Assembly (NCBI GenBank): GCA_050084515.1
Contig: CM114271.1
Location: 14,012,001-14,076,000, forward strand
Direction of reading: 5' to 3'
Origin: Blasia pusilla
Taxonomy: Eukaryota
Length of the DNA stretch: 64,000 nucleotides
Part shown: positions 43,169-55,999 of the stretch, in pieces
How the letters are laid out: every line of letters starts with the position of its first letter
Position numbering within the stretch: position 1 is the first letter of the stretch
Made by a program: the position numbers and the translations under genes
The notes under the pieces: generated by a model
What the model was told of the DNA's origin: nothing
Database searches by the model: none
The model's input: only the letters and a program-made list of their open reading frames with translations

Positions 43169-46100
43169 TGTTACGTCTTTTAGGATAGATCGATGAGATC
43201 TAGTAGAGCGCCTTCGCAAGTAGTGGAGGACAGACTCAAGAGGTCAAGGATGACTTACTAAGGCCCCGAGAAACGTGAGAGACCAGGTTTCCCCTTCGTT
43301 TCTGCTTATTTGGAGCCATATTGAGGAACTTACTATTTTAGGTAAGTACCATTTTGAGTATATGGTCAAATTTCTATTTTTGGTAAGTTTCCCTTGACCT
43401 CCTACATCAGGTCAAGAGCCAAGGAGGTGACTTGGGAGCATAGGTTACCATGGAGAGAGCTTGGGAGAAGGGAGGGGTATACCTCAAGGAGAGAGAGCTT
43501 GAGAGCTCATTCTCTCTTTGTTGAACCTCGAGGTGGCAAAGCTTTTGTCCCTTGCCTTGTGAGTGTAACCCAAGCATCTCATTAGGAGAGTGGGTTTGGT
43601 TTGATATTGAGAGAGACATGTGAGAGTGCATACATGTGAGAACTATGGTATTGTGAGAGAGATTGGATCTTGATTTACAAATAGAGAATGAGATGAGTGA
43701 GAGAGTTTCATGGGGGAGCTCACTGGTCACTCAATGGTTTTGTAGGTTGGGGATCGTATGCCCCGTTCAGCGGTTCATGGGACTGCTCACCGAAGCCGGA
43801 GCCGCTCATTTTTTATGTTTCCTTTGCCGATTTTTTGTGTGGAAGAGTGCTGCATGGAAGCGCTTCCCAATTTTTGATAGGGATTGAGTATGGGGGCGAA
43901 TTTCTCCATGCTGGTGCTCTCGAGAGCACCATGTAGCTTGCTGATTTTTATTTTCATAGGTTTTACATTTTCGTTGGGAGAAATCAGCGCGAAAGCGCTG
44001 CCAAAATTTATGTAGGAGAAAGTGACGTTGGGCTTTACAACAGTCCCCGTCAGTTTTTACAAGAATGTCCGATTCAAAATATTTTTTAACGCCGTCGTAG
44101 ATCATGAAGCTGTGCAGGTCTGCAATAGACATTGCGCAATTTGGAGTTGTGAGCAAAAATTTATGGTCAATCTCGCAAAATTTCCATTGTTGAGCGATTT
44201 TTAGGGTTAAATTGTTCAAACCCTAAACCAGCCGCCGCGCCGGCGGCGGCCATCGCCGTCATAGTCGCAGTCAACGGTTCGCCTTCGACGAAAATTGGCA
44301 CTGTTGACGGTCAACCGTAATAGTCAATGGTCAACCGTCACTATCAACGGTCAATCGTCAATGTCAACGGTCCACCGTCGGCCGCTGCTTCCGCCTAGCG
44401 CTCCTTAGAGCCGCGTTCGTCTGTTGTCCACCCTTGGTTTCCATTGCCACCATTACGGAGTGGAGGGTCTTCCACAACGACCGTTGATTCTCTGACTTGC
44501 ATCGCCGCCACGTACTTTGTTTTGGCCGCCACCGTTATCGCAGTTCGTCATCAACGAGTGATGGTAGGTGAACTCGGGTTATGGCGTTTGAGTTTTTATT
44601 TCATGCTGCTATGTTGTGATTGGTACCCGCTCGATGATGATCGACTACTATGCCGTGACGCCCGTAGCCGCAACGCGCCGCTGATTGCCGCGCCGTGCCG
44701 CTCGTGGCCACACTGCACCGTCTCGATCACGGAGCCGCTCCTTCACTAAGGAGCAAATCGTGTGAATTTCTGATTGAGGAGGGTATGCCGCCGAGTGCCG
44801 CACCCCATTCTCGAGAGCCGTGTCGTGTATAGTCGTTCCGTGCCGCTAGTGCCGCACCGGACCGCTATACTTGCCCTGCACATTGAGGAGGTTTGAGCAA
44901 TGTCAGTACGAGAGGAGTACGACTTGCTGATTGGAGGAGTTGTCTTCACGACCAAGTTGGGGTTGAGATTTGCAATTTCCGAGGAGTGACATCGACATAA
45001 TTTCCAGGTTACCCATTCTGGTTTTATTCCCTGCACGTGTGAGGGATTTTCGGCTATTGGGAAGTTATTTAGGATATTGGGTTTTGTGCTGATGCTAGGA
45101 GCATCGATGATGTATGGGTTTAGGGGACATAGATATGTGTGGGATGTCGAGAGTTGAGGATGGTTTGGCGATGAGACGATAAATCAGTTGATTTGCCGCA
45201 CCACGCTGCTTGTTGCCGCACAACACACGTCTCACTAAGAGAGTGTAGATTGAGTGGCGCATGTTTAGTTTGAGTGATTGAGGGATTATTCGAGAGATTG
45301 GGAGTTATCGTGTAAGAGGAGCATGAGGGGCACGAGGGCCATCACTACGTCCTTTCGAGATTTTGAAAGGCGAGGTAGTGGACCTGAGAGTAGCGCTAGA
45401 GGGTTTACCCGGAGTGGTGCGAGGTTTTGAGGGTCTCCACACGCACGCGAGAGACCACTTCGATCTCAATCTGTGTCGTCTTCTGACAAAGGGGAGCGTG
45501 TAGAGGAGTGTGTTAGTGATCCACCGTACATATTGAGTGGTCCTACCAGTTGGGCGTATGAGATGGACGACCGAGATAGAGGACCGCATAGGTTTTCGGG
45601 TGCTGTAGGCACTATAGTGCTACACGACTTCATTGTAGAGTTTAGGAGTTGGTGTGACTCACAACGGGCTAGGAACTCTAGAGAGTTCAACCCGTTTACA
45701 ACATGGAACAGTATGTTCGAGCATTTAGAGGGGGCGCCCATGGACGATTACCATGAGTTCTCCCATATATATGCCCAGGAGATTGAGGCATGGTGACTCT
45801 ACTATGACCCACACTATGTGTCATGGACGGAGATGTTCCCAGATGAGGAGGAGGAGCCAAGAGAGGCTACTTCCTCTTCCACTAGTGATGTTTTAGGAGG
45901 GGTCACTCGCACTGGAGCTATTGCACCATCTAGTCGGGTTCGTCCCAGATTCAACCCTGTGGTTGAGTTCTTCGCTGAGTTGAGGGCGAGCCACCAGGGT
46001 ACAGACGGAGAAGTTGCGGAGCATCCACGACTTCCAGAGGCGGCCGGGTGAGAGTTTTTGTGAGGCTTACACTTGCTTGCGCCGGTTGATCAACGTCACT

Positions 46101-47604
46101 CAGGGGGTGACAGAGGCTCAAGCTATCCAGTCATGGTACACGATGCTGGACCAGACCCTACGGACACGGGTGCGGGAGGTGGTGCTTCTTATGAATACCT
46201 CCCCTACGTTGAGAGATGTTTTTAGGACCGCCAAGAGCATTGAGCGCAACATGGCGGAGGAGAGCATAGCCACAATGAGTTCTGGGCTAGAGCAATCATG
46301 ATTGTCTGCACCACTTGTGAGCCACGTAGACTCCGAGATAGGTCGACTATGGCACCACGAGCTGAGGGAGGATATCGGGAGCCCGTGCCACAGAGACTTG
46401 CACCTTGATATGCCGCTCAGCATTAGTCGCCTATGATTACTTGTTGGTCATGTGGTGGAGCCCATCATCAATGCGACTGCACTCGTTAGGGTCATGGACG
46501 TGTGCCTCAGCATGGCGGAGGAGATGGTGCTGCATCAGGAGGTTATCAGTGTGACTATTTTCAGAGGTATGGTCACACACGAACCAGGTGTTTCAATTTA
46601 CACCCTGAGTTACGTACGGACCGAGGTCCAGAGAGGGCACCAGAGCGAGTAGCGGTCTGGGTGGGCCTAGAGATCGTGCACAATGTGGTGCCGTTGGGGG
46701 CCGAGGATCTGGAGTTGCCCGACAGGGTGGTGGAGTTGGGTGTGGAGGAGGAAGAGTCCCACCACCTGGACAGGTCAAGGGAGACGTGGGGCGTAAGGTT
46801 GGGATGGCTGCTCAGATACAACAGCTACAGGAGCAGATTGTCGTTATGGCATTGAGGTTACCCGATGCTAGATCCGTGGCATCCACATCATATGGAGCAT
46901 CCAGAGATATGGAGGATCTTGGTTGGATGTGCTGGATTGCCTAGATGGAGGGTGCCGTAGTTGTAACACGTGGAGCAGCCGCGGAGTTGGATCCACAACG
47001 AGGAAAAGCCAGGAAACACACGAGGCTTCCTGAGTCTTTCACGTTGTCCGAGGCAATGAGGACCCCATCAATGGGTCCTGATCTGAGTTCGTGGAAAGTT
47101 GGTGATATTTTTGGTGTGCAAGCACGGAGGGTGATGGGAGAAGGGAGTGCGACGACTCCTATTGCTGATGCTCAGGAGAGGCATGTGTCGAGCACGTTAT
47201 TGGGGGCGGCCACCGTTGTGTACCGCGCTCCTTTATTTTCTGCTTCCAATGTTATGACGTTGGGAGGTACGCCCGCCGAGGTTTTCTGGCTGGCTGTTAT
47301 GCTATGTGAACGTGGAGTTGGAGTTCCTACATCACCTTTAGAGATGATTGGAGAGGAGGTGATCGACCTCCCTTGCAGCGGATGCTCGGGCCGCCCACGT
47401 TAGATTCATGGCAGGCTGCGACTGCTAGAATGACGGAGATGCCGGCTAGACCCGCGATAAAGCGTGCTATGGCTTCTCCTGGTGTTGTGTTGGTGGATAA
47501 CCAAAAATAGGTCTTCCAGTTGGTGAGTCCAAGAGGTAGAGCTTTTAGTCCGCATCGCGTCTTGTTGGATTCAGGAGCGCAACCCTTGATGTTGGGGAAA
47601 GCTT

Positions 47605-48880
47605 TGTCGTATAGTAAAATTAGCCAATGTGTAAACTCCTTCCTCATTAAGTGTTAGATAGAATTTTATTAGAATTAAGTAAATTAGCTAAGAAAAAGGA
47701 AATTCCCATGTTTACACCTCTTTATGATGCCTCTTTTATGCGGGCCTAAATTTAGGAAAAGAGGTAATAAATAAAAGATGACTTTATAAAAGTAAAGTAG
47801 TGAGGTTAGTGATTTAATGAAAAGCAAAGGTAGTCTTGATTGGTAGAGGGTAGTTGGGGTAATTTGGAAAATATAAAGTGGGTAAAAGAGGATATTTTGG
47901 AAGAGATAAGAGGAAATCTACTTATGTTAAAATATGATTGGCTAAGCCTTGAGAGGAAGCCATGTGGCACAAGATAAGATTCGCTCTATTTCGTATTCTT
48001 GTAGATCCCTTGTGAGTATATAAAGAGGAGGGATCTTCAAGGGTTCATCACCTTCTACTTCACATCTTGAGTCTCTCTCGTGTCACTCTTGAGTGTATGG
48101 CTTTGGGATTGCTTGCTCTTCCAATGAGAGTGGATTACCCCTCTTGGGAGAGTAACTTGATCTTGGTCTATTCTTCGAGAGTTTTCTGGAGTGTGGTATG
48201 TGTGGAGATGAGAGACTTGTCACCTTAGATGAGTTTAGTCATACTAGAAATAGAGGATGGTTTGGCTTGTTATTTCTCCAATGAGAGTAGATTACCCTTC
48301 TTGGGAGAGCAACTTTGCCAAATCCCATTCTAGAGGAAAGTAGAGCATGTTTGTCAAGTATGGATAGGGGTGGAGCACGAGTTGTGCCGGATTTTCCTTC
48401 CTTAACCTGTACCACGTCAAGATTCTCTTTATAGATAGGCACTAGTTCACTCGCTATCTAGTTTATCACTTTGGGGACGCGTTCATGAACCAAATCATGC
48501 AATCTCCAACTCTGTTGAGTCTTCCTATAGTCACGTACGGAAGGATATGGGATTGCACTTTGTATGTCCTTATATAGCTATCCATGGATGTCAATAGGCC
48601 TGCTCGAGTAGGATTTAACACTAGTTGTGCTATTTTCCTTGTGTACAAATGTAAAGTAGTTTATAGGGATTTTATAGTTAGGAATTTTGGGGTTTATGTT
48701 ATGAAGAAGTGATTGCCTCGGCACTACCATTCACGATTCCTGTCGTGAAAAAAATGGAGAGTTTACATAATAATGCTGTACTGAAGAAGGAGAAATTCTT
48801 ATAGAGTTTGACTTGCATCAACCACGTCTGCTGCAGCTAGAAGGTTTGCCCTTACTCGAAGAACGATTCTCGACACGACA
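47605..48880. mobile_element. ~1.25 kb TG...CA element, copy 3 (opposite orientation), inside the protease domain of copy D
   Basis: TGTCGTATAG...GACACGACA is the reverse complement of copies 1 and 2; flanks GCTT/ACGT (degenerate TSD). Confidence 0.85.
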
Positions 48881-49555
48881 ACGTCATTGAGAGGATTAGG
48901 GCTGACAAGAGTCGATGTGGAGCGTTGTCCATTCCGGATATAGACATCCTTGGGTGGAGTGAGTACCACATAGTTTATCACCCGATAGGAGGTCGTGGTG
49001 AGGATTCGCCCGGGATTTCCTACAGACGTCCTGAGCGTGGTGCGAGCCAAGGCAATAGTCACTGATGGAGAGTCCTACGATGTCTTGGTTGGTGGAGCAG
49101 TGTTATCAATGATGGGGTTTTCCCTGGATTACTTGAAGGAGTTAGCGTCCTACAAACCAAGATGGCAGTCAGGTGATGGGCGCCTTAGCTCATTACCCGT
49201 TCGATTCACAGGTGCAGTGATCGAGCGACGGCCAAGAGAGATGGTGACCTTAGCAGCATTTATCACTTCGCCTAGTGATTTGATTGAGGGACATGTCCAT
49301 GCAGAGGATAATCCCCTTCCTGATATTTCTTTGGAGAGTAGTGTCATGGTAGCCGCATCAATCCGTGGAGGAGCGGTGCCGCTTTTGGGCTCGACTGAGA
49401 AGCTTCGACGCTTAGGAACTGAGCATATACAGAGTGCGTGGAGCGAGACGTTTGCACCAAAGTGTGACGGGTTAGAGGAAACCCAAGTTGCCAGGAGTGC
49501 TACTATGAACCCTTTGGACACCACCCGGATTGTGTGGTGCATCCCAGGGAAGGGT

Positions 49556-50115
49556 ATTCGGTTGTTGGATCTCTTTGGAGGGATTGGCACTGGGTTAGCT
49601 ACTGTTTTGCAGGGTGGAGTGCGCATGTAGTAGTAGTTGTATATGGAGATTGATGATGTTGCGAGGCGCGCTTCACTTCACCATGTGGCAGAGTTACGCC
49701 TCCGTTTTCCCGACTTGTTGTCTGCATCCGCCATTCAGGGTTACTAGAGTTCCCTACCGAGGGACATTTCATTGTTGGGGGCGCAGGACTTGGAGCGGGT
49801 AGGGACCATAGACTTGGTCATTGCTGGTTGGTCATGTTAGGGCCAATCGAGTGCTGGATGAGGTAGCGGATTAACTTACTCTCGGTCGAGGTTATTTTGG
49901 GAGATGATGCGGATTTTGCGATACTTGCACAAGCATCACTCTCGTTCTGCTGCATATATTTTGGAGAATGTGCGGATTTTGGGCGATTCGAGGTCCTGCG
50001 TGATGACGAGTGCACATCAAATGCACGCATGGATCGTCCCGACAATATTTTTGGATACAACAAGTGTAGGTTCTAGAGCACATCGCCCGCATCATTGGTG
50101 GACCAACTTTGTGCA
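49556..50115 (+). pseudogene. C5 DNA methyltransferase domain of copy D (motifs I-VIII, truncated)
   Basis: GIRLLDLFGGIGTG, MEIDD, IDLVIAGWSC*GQS, YILENV, AHRPHHWWTNF. Confidence 0.88.
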
Positions 50116-51068
50116 TGTTGTGCGCATACACATCGCTACACAATATACATCGTTGTCACCGAACACACACATAAACACACACAATCCCATGCTAGCTCAT
50201 GACATCCAAACAACGAGACAAGAAGTACCAAAATATCTCCAATTAAAATAAGATCCAATCTCTCTCACAACAGCATAGTTCTCACATGTGTGCACTCTCA
50301 CATGTCTCTCTCAATGTCAAACCAAACCCACTCTCCTAATGAGAGGCTTGGGTTACACACACAAGGAAAGCAAGACCATAGCTCCGTCGCCTCATGCCAA
50401 GAGGTTCAAAAAAGAGAGAATGAGCTCTCAAGCTCTCTCTCCTTGAGGTATACCCCTCTCCTCTCCCAAGCTCTCTCCATGGTAACCTATCCTCCCAAGT
50501 CACCTCCTTGGATCTTGACTTGATGTAGGAGGTCAAAGTCCACTTACCAAAAATAGAAATTTGATCATATACTCAAAATGGTACTTATGTAAAATAGTAA
50601 GTTCCTTAATATGGCTCCAAATGAGCCAAAACGAAGGGGAAACATGGTCTCTCAGGTTTCCTGGGGCCTCAGCAGGTCATCCTCGACCTATTGAGCCTGT
50701 CCTCCACAACTCACAAAGGCGCTCTACTAGATCTCACCGATATATCCCTAAAGACATGATAGCAGTCTTGCATATATATATTGCTACACAACATACATCC
50801 GTGTCATCGAACACACACACTAAGACGCATCCCATGCTAACTCATGACATCCAAACAACGAGACAAGAAGTACCAAAATATCTCCAATCACCCCCCTAGC
50901 TGGTGATTAGGTACCTCTAACTCCAGATAGCCGTCTATCCCTACCTACCATGACATACATCTCTAGGACGCTAAGAGCAAGAAGGTGGGGTGGTCATGTG
51001 GCCCCATCATTAGTCGTCTTCTTGTCATTCATATCACAGATACAAGTGGGAATGTAGAACTATCTTTT

Positions 51069-52450
51069 CTATGTACATCTGGGACGCATCCATTTTCCTT
51101 GAGGAACCCTAGTGAGAGGTGGCGTCAAACATGCCATATGCCATCCTCTCGAACTCCTATCATAGACTAGCATAGTGGCTGCACCACGGGCGGAACAACA
51201 CAACATACACCGTAAGCCTGTAGGAACTATTGCTAGGCTCGGATCAACTGTACCTTCAATGTTCACAAGATGACATAGTGCACAGTTACGCACATGGTCC
51301 TTCCAAACCATACCATCGCGTCCCTCCAATAAGAGAACACCGGATGGCAAAACCTCACGCACTCTCAAGATGGTGCGCCTTGTAGTCACATCCAATGTTG
51401 TGGGTGCCGTCTATTGCAAGTAGACATAGTCTCCCTGATGAAACCTCTGGATAGTAGGTTGATCATCACCTACTCAAATAGTCGCATACCTCAACGTATC
51501 CCGATGTTGCGCAATCGCCAAGTTCTCAAACGTCATGGGCATCACTCTCCGAAATAACTTAGTCCTCTGAGAACATGCTCACATCCATACATCAGGGTCA
51601 TCAAGGTTCAACACCTCACCAACATCTCGACGAATAGCCGCAGGCAAATCCGGCTCTCGGCCATAAAGCAATAAGTAGGGTGAGAAAGACGCTAAGGATG
51701 CCTGCCTGCTGAATCTGTATCCCATCGCTAACCACGGCAACTGAAGGTCCCAATCTCCTTGGTGACCTCTCTGCAAGCCATATTTGCGTAGTCCTCTCTT
51801 CAACGTCTGCACAACCCGTTCTGCTAGGCCATCCGCCTCAGGATGATTCGCGAAGTAGTGCGTTGGTCGATCAGCGCCTGATCACACAAGGCCTGAAACT
51901 CCCCGCAGAACTCTATATCCTAGTCTGTCAACACCTCAGCTAGTGCGCCGTAATGACTCAACACTCGATTTAGGAAGGCATACGCTACTCCCTCACTCGC
52001 TTTTTCGGGCAATGCAACCAACTCTATCCACTTCGAGAAGTGCTCGACCATCACCAACACATAACGACTTTGGCACTCCGTCAAAGGCAAAGGTCCTGCA
52101 AAATCCAAACTCCATCTATAACCTAAACCCATGATCAGAAGTGGATGGAACTGTGGAGTCAAAGCATTGAACGATGCTCGAAATCAATCACATACCATAC
52201 ATCTGGCAACAAACTGTTGAACGTCAGTCTGCATGCCTCGCCACCAATACTAAATCTGGAGCAAGCTGTACGTCCGCTTCACTCCAAAATGACCCAACTC
52301 CTCGTGGGCATGACGCACCAAACGTGCTCTCTGCGAAGGATGAGGCACTACACGCACTCTACCATCCTCCCACACTCCCAACACATGTGTGGTCTCCCAC
52401 TAGAACCGTCTGGCTAGCTGGAGGATGCGATCCCGGTCTCTAGCACCCAC
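51069..52450 (-). pseudogene. DDE integrase with C-terminal PHD finger (copy C)
   Basis: HEELGHFG...CMVC, WSLDFAGP, VLTD, ADGLAER, then CMLC...MLVYDRSSRGWHMACLTPPLTRVPQGKWMRPRC. Confidence 0.88.
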
Positions 52451-52546
52451 TGTGCTTGCGACGGTCCCAATACACAGGTATTCCAAGACCACTCCATTGT
52501 CGTGAATGTCTGGGCCATGTGTTATCTCCCCACCGACCTCTGGATC

Positions 52547-53948
52547 TTAGGACTCTCCATCAGACCTCGCCATCGAAGTCTCAGCAATCTGGATCTCCAT
52601 AGCCAATAAGTCCAAATAGGCTAACATATGCCATCCTGGTACCAACTCCTCCTCACTCTCACCATGCCAACGAGCTCGAGTCGCATCTTGCTCACTCGGG
52701 CACGGGTTACGGTTCCAACCATCTGCATCCTGGTTGAGCATCCCAGGTCTATGCACCACTTGGAAGTCATACTCCTACAACAAAAGAGCCCACCTCGCAA
52801 GCTTCCCTATGAGCTTTTTGGACTCCATCAACCACTTAAGTGGCTGATGATCAGTAATGATGGTAAGGGGATTGCCGAATAGATAACATCCGAAATGTGC
52901 GACAGCCCACACTACAGCCAAGCACTCACCCTCATAGGAGCTATATCTTGCCTCTGTAGCGTTGTTCGAGCGACTAGCATAAGCCACCACGAACTCTCTA
53001 CCATCATCGTCATGCTGGGTGAGCACGACTCCAAGCCCCAACATGCTCTAATCGGTATGCAACTGGAAAGGACGCCCCCTGATCGGTCTCCTCAATATGG
53101 GCCCGGACGTTAATCTCTCTTTGAGCATCTGAAATACTCTCTCTTGCTCATCCCCCCAAGTGCCACTCTTGATACACCTTGGTCATCAAGGTTAGCGGCT
53201 TCGCAATTGAACTGAAACCCTTGACGTATCGTCGATAGAAGTTCGCCAATCCCATGAATGCACAAACTCGACTCACATCTGTAGGGCGTGGAATGCGTGA
53301 GATAGCCTCTACCTTCGTATGTTGCACACCAAGGGCCCCAGGGTATATCGTATGACCCAAGTATTCAATCTGGTCGTAGAAGAACTTGCACTTGCCTGGA
53401 TGTAGCTTCAGCCCATGTAACTGCAATCGTCGAAACACCTCCTCTAAATGTCGCTCATGCTCCTCAACCGTGGCGCTAAAGACTACGATGTCATCAATAT
53501 AACACCTAGCAAAATCCAGACCTGCCAAGATCCTATTTATGACCCTCTGAAACTCATCCGGGGCGTTCTTTAACCTGAATGGTAAGAACCGCCACTCGTA
53601 CAAAAAATCCTTCTCGTGAGGATCGATGCCCCAAAATGCCGTCTTCTGCCTGTCCTCCAATCTGATAGGCAACTGATGGTATCCGACTCGCAAATCCAAT
53701 GAACTGAAGACCTTTGCATGCCCAATTGCATCAAAGATCTCCTTAGGGATGGGCATGGCATACGTATCGAACTTGGTCTGCCGATTGATAGGTTGATAAT
53801 CTCCACACATTCGCTTATCCGCCCAGTTGCCATGCACATCCTTCTTGGCGGGCATGACAGTGGCAGATGCATACTCTCCATGCGACATCTCCACTAGTCC
53901 CACTCCAACCAAGTCTTGGCTCCTACTGTGAATCAGAGCCCTCTCCAT
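52547..53948 (-). pseudogene. Ty3/gypsy-type reverse transcriptase and RNase H (copy C)
   Basis: RMCGDYQPIN, FSSLDLRVGYHQL, KTAF, LPFRLKNAP, YIDDIVVFS, VVAYASRS..YSSYEGECLAVVWAV, TDHQPLKWL. Confidence 0.95.
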
Positions 53949-54469
53949 GTCATTGTACCTGTAGGGTAGTCAGAAGATCAGCATGTCACTCGACAACTCA
54001 ATGCGGATCCCTGGACCCTTCAGCGTACCCAAATCATGCATACTAAATGCAAAACAATTCCTATAACTCCTAAGGAACTGGTGTATCCGACGCCGCTCTC
54101 CTCCTGTCAACTTAGGGCCCACATATGGCTCACAAGAAGTCCTATCGTAGTCTCCATCGTGACTACGATAGGACTCTCCGGCGCGGATGTAGGTGGTTGC
54201 TATGGTGCAACCCCGTCTCGGACAATAGAACTCTCATCTCCATATGGAGTATCTGGAACCACACTTGATGCTGTGGCTATCATCTCTTGGCATACCTGCA
54301 AAACATCCCAAGAAGTCCAAGGTTGTCTCTACCGATCACCCCTGGTGTGTCGATCTCCTCCGATCTCACCCCCAGCCGTTGCCTCAATTGTCTCGGTAGG
54401 CATGGGGCTTACCAACGCAATAGTTGTGATTTGTCGCATCTTCAAACGATGTTGTTCAGCTACCCCTAA

Positions 54470-55414
54470 GGTGAAAATCCATGTCAAGCAGTTCAGGTCC
54501 ATCGCCTGACCCAAGACATGACCTCGTGATGCCTCTGATAGTGATGGTACTACCATCACTTCTATGGGGAATCCCATCATTCGCTCTCGCTTATCGGCGT
54601 TGGGCTCCACCAACCTCTATACTTGGTCATCCCAAACCAAGCCAGGTCCGACCTCCTTGAATGCATAGGAAGCGGGAAAACTCACAAATGTGGGAAAGGC
54701 TGCCCGTGGCCTACCAATCCTTTTGACCACAGTCAACAGTGGTTGATCATCTAGCCTCATTGCCTCTGATCGACGGCCCGGATCCAATATAGAATCCACC
54801 AACAAATTGGAGGGGCGCTCCACTCTCGCATATGCCCTCCGTAACACCTCGTGTGGTACCAAGTTGGTCCACCAAAGATGCGGGCGATATGCTCGTGAAC
54901 CCACACTTACGGCATCTAACAATACTGCCGGGCCAATCCATGCGCGCACCTGATGTGCACTCGTCACCACGCAGGATCTTGAATCGCCCAAAATTGGTAC
55001 ATTCTCCAAAATGTATGTTGGAGAACGAGGGTGATGCTCCTATAAATGTCGCAAGATCCGCATCATCTCCCACAACAACCTGGACCGAGTGTCAGCTAAC
55101 CCGCTACCTCGTCCAGCACTCGATTGGCCCTGACACGGCCAACCATCAATTACCAAGTCTATGGTCCTTACGCGCTCCAAGTCCTGCGCCCCCAACAATG
55201 AAATATCCCTCGGTAGGCAACTCTGGTGACTGTGAATGGCGGACGCAGATAACAAGTCGGGAAAACGGAGGCATAACAACGCCACATGGTGAAGTGAAGC
55301 GTGCCTCGCAACATCATCAATCTCCACATACAAGTACTGCTGCACGCGCACTCTAGCGTGCAAAACAAGAGCTAACCCAGTGCCGATCCCTCCAAGAGAT
55401 CCAACACCCAAATA
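54470..55414 (-). pseudogene. C5 cytosine DNA methyltransferase domain (DNMT3-like) of copy C, with intact catalytic PCQ
   Basis: VLDL/GGIGTG (I, frameshifted), YVEIDD (II), IDLVIDGWPCQGQSSAG (IV), LENV (VI), AYRPHLWWTNL (VIII), EPNADKRERMMGFP (IX), RGHVLGQAMDL (X). Confidence 0.92.
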
Positions 55415-55999
55415 CCCTTCTCTGCGATGCACCACACAATTGGGGCGGTGTCCAAAGGGGTCATAGCAACAGTCGTGCCTACTTGGGGTTCCTATGATCC
55501 GTCACGCTCTTGTGCAAACGTCTTGCTCCATGCGGTTTGCACATGCTTAGGGGCTAAGCGTCAAAGCTCCTCAATCAAGCCCCAAAGCGGCACCTCTCCT
55601 CCACGGACTAATACGGCTACCATGACACTCCTCTGCATAGAAATTTCAGGAACGGGAGTATCCTCTGTATGGACATGTCCCTCAATCAAATCACTAGGCC
55701 AAGTGATGGCACTGCTAAATGCTGCTAAGGTCGCCATCTCTCTTGGCCGTCGCTCGATCACTGCACCTATGAATCGCACAGGTAATGAGCTAAGGCGCCC
55801 ATCACTTGACTGCCATCCTGGTCTATAGGACGCTGACTCCTCCCAATAATCCAAGGAAAACCCCATCGGGTAAAACACTGCTCCACCAACCAAGATGTCG
55901 TAGGACTCTGCATCAGTCACTCCATCAACTGGAAGACATCTCCCCGGTTATCTTGCAACACAACATCACGAGAAACCATGGCACGCTCTATCACCGGTC

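Larger units (their letters stand above)
43169..50115 (+). mobile_element. DNMT-carrying retroelement copy D (5' half; interrupted inside DNMT by copy C)
   Basis: A1 43169-43677, ~1.65 kb leader, gag from ATG ~45323 with CCHC knuckles (~46440-46600), protease RVLLDSGAQPLMLG (~47557), DNMT from ~49556. Confidence 0.9.
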
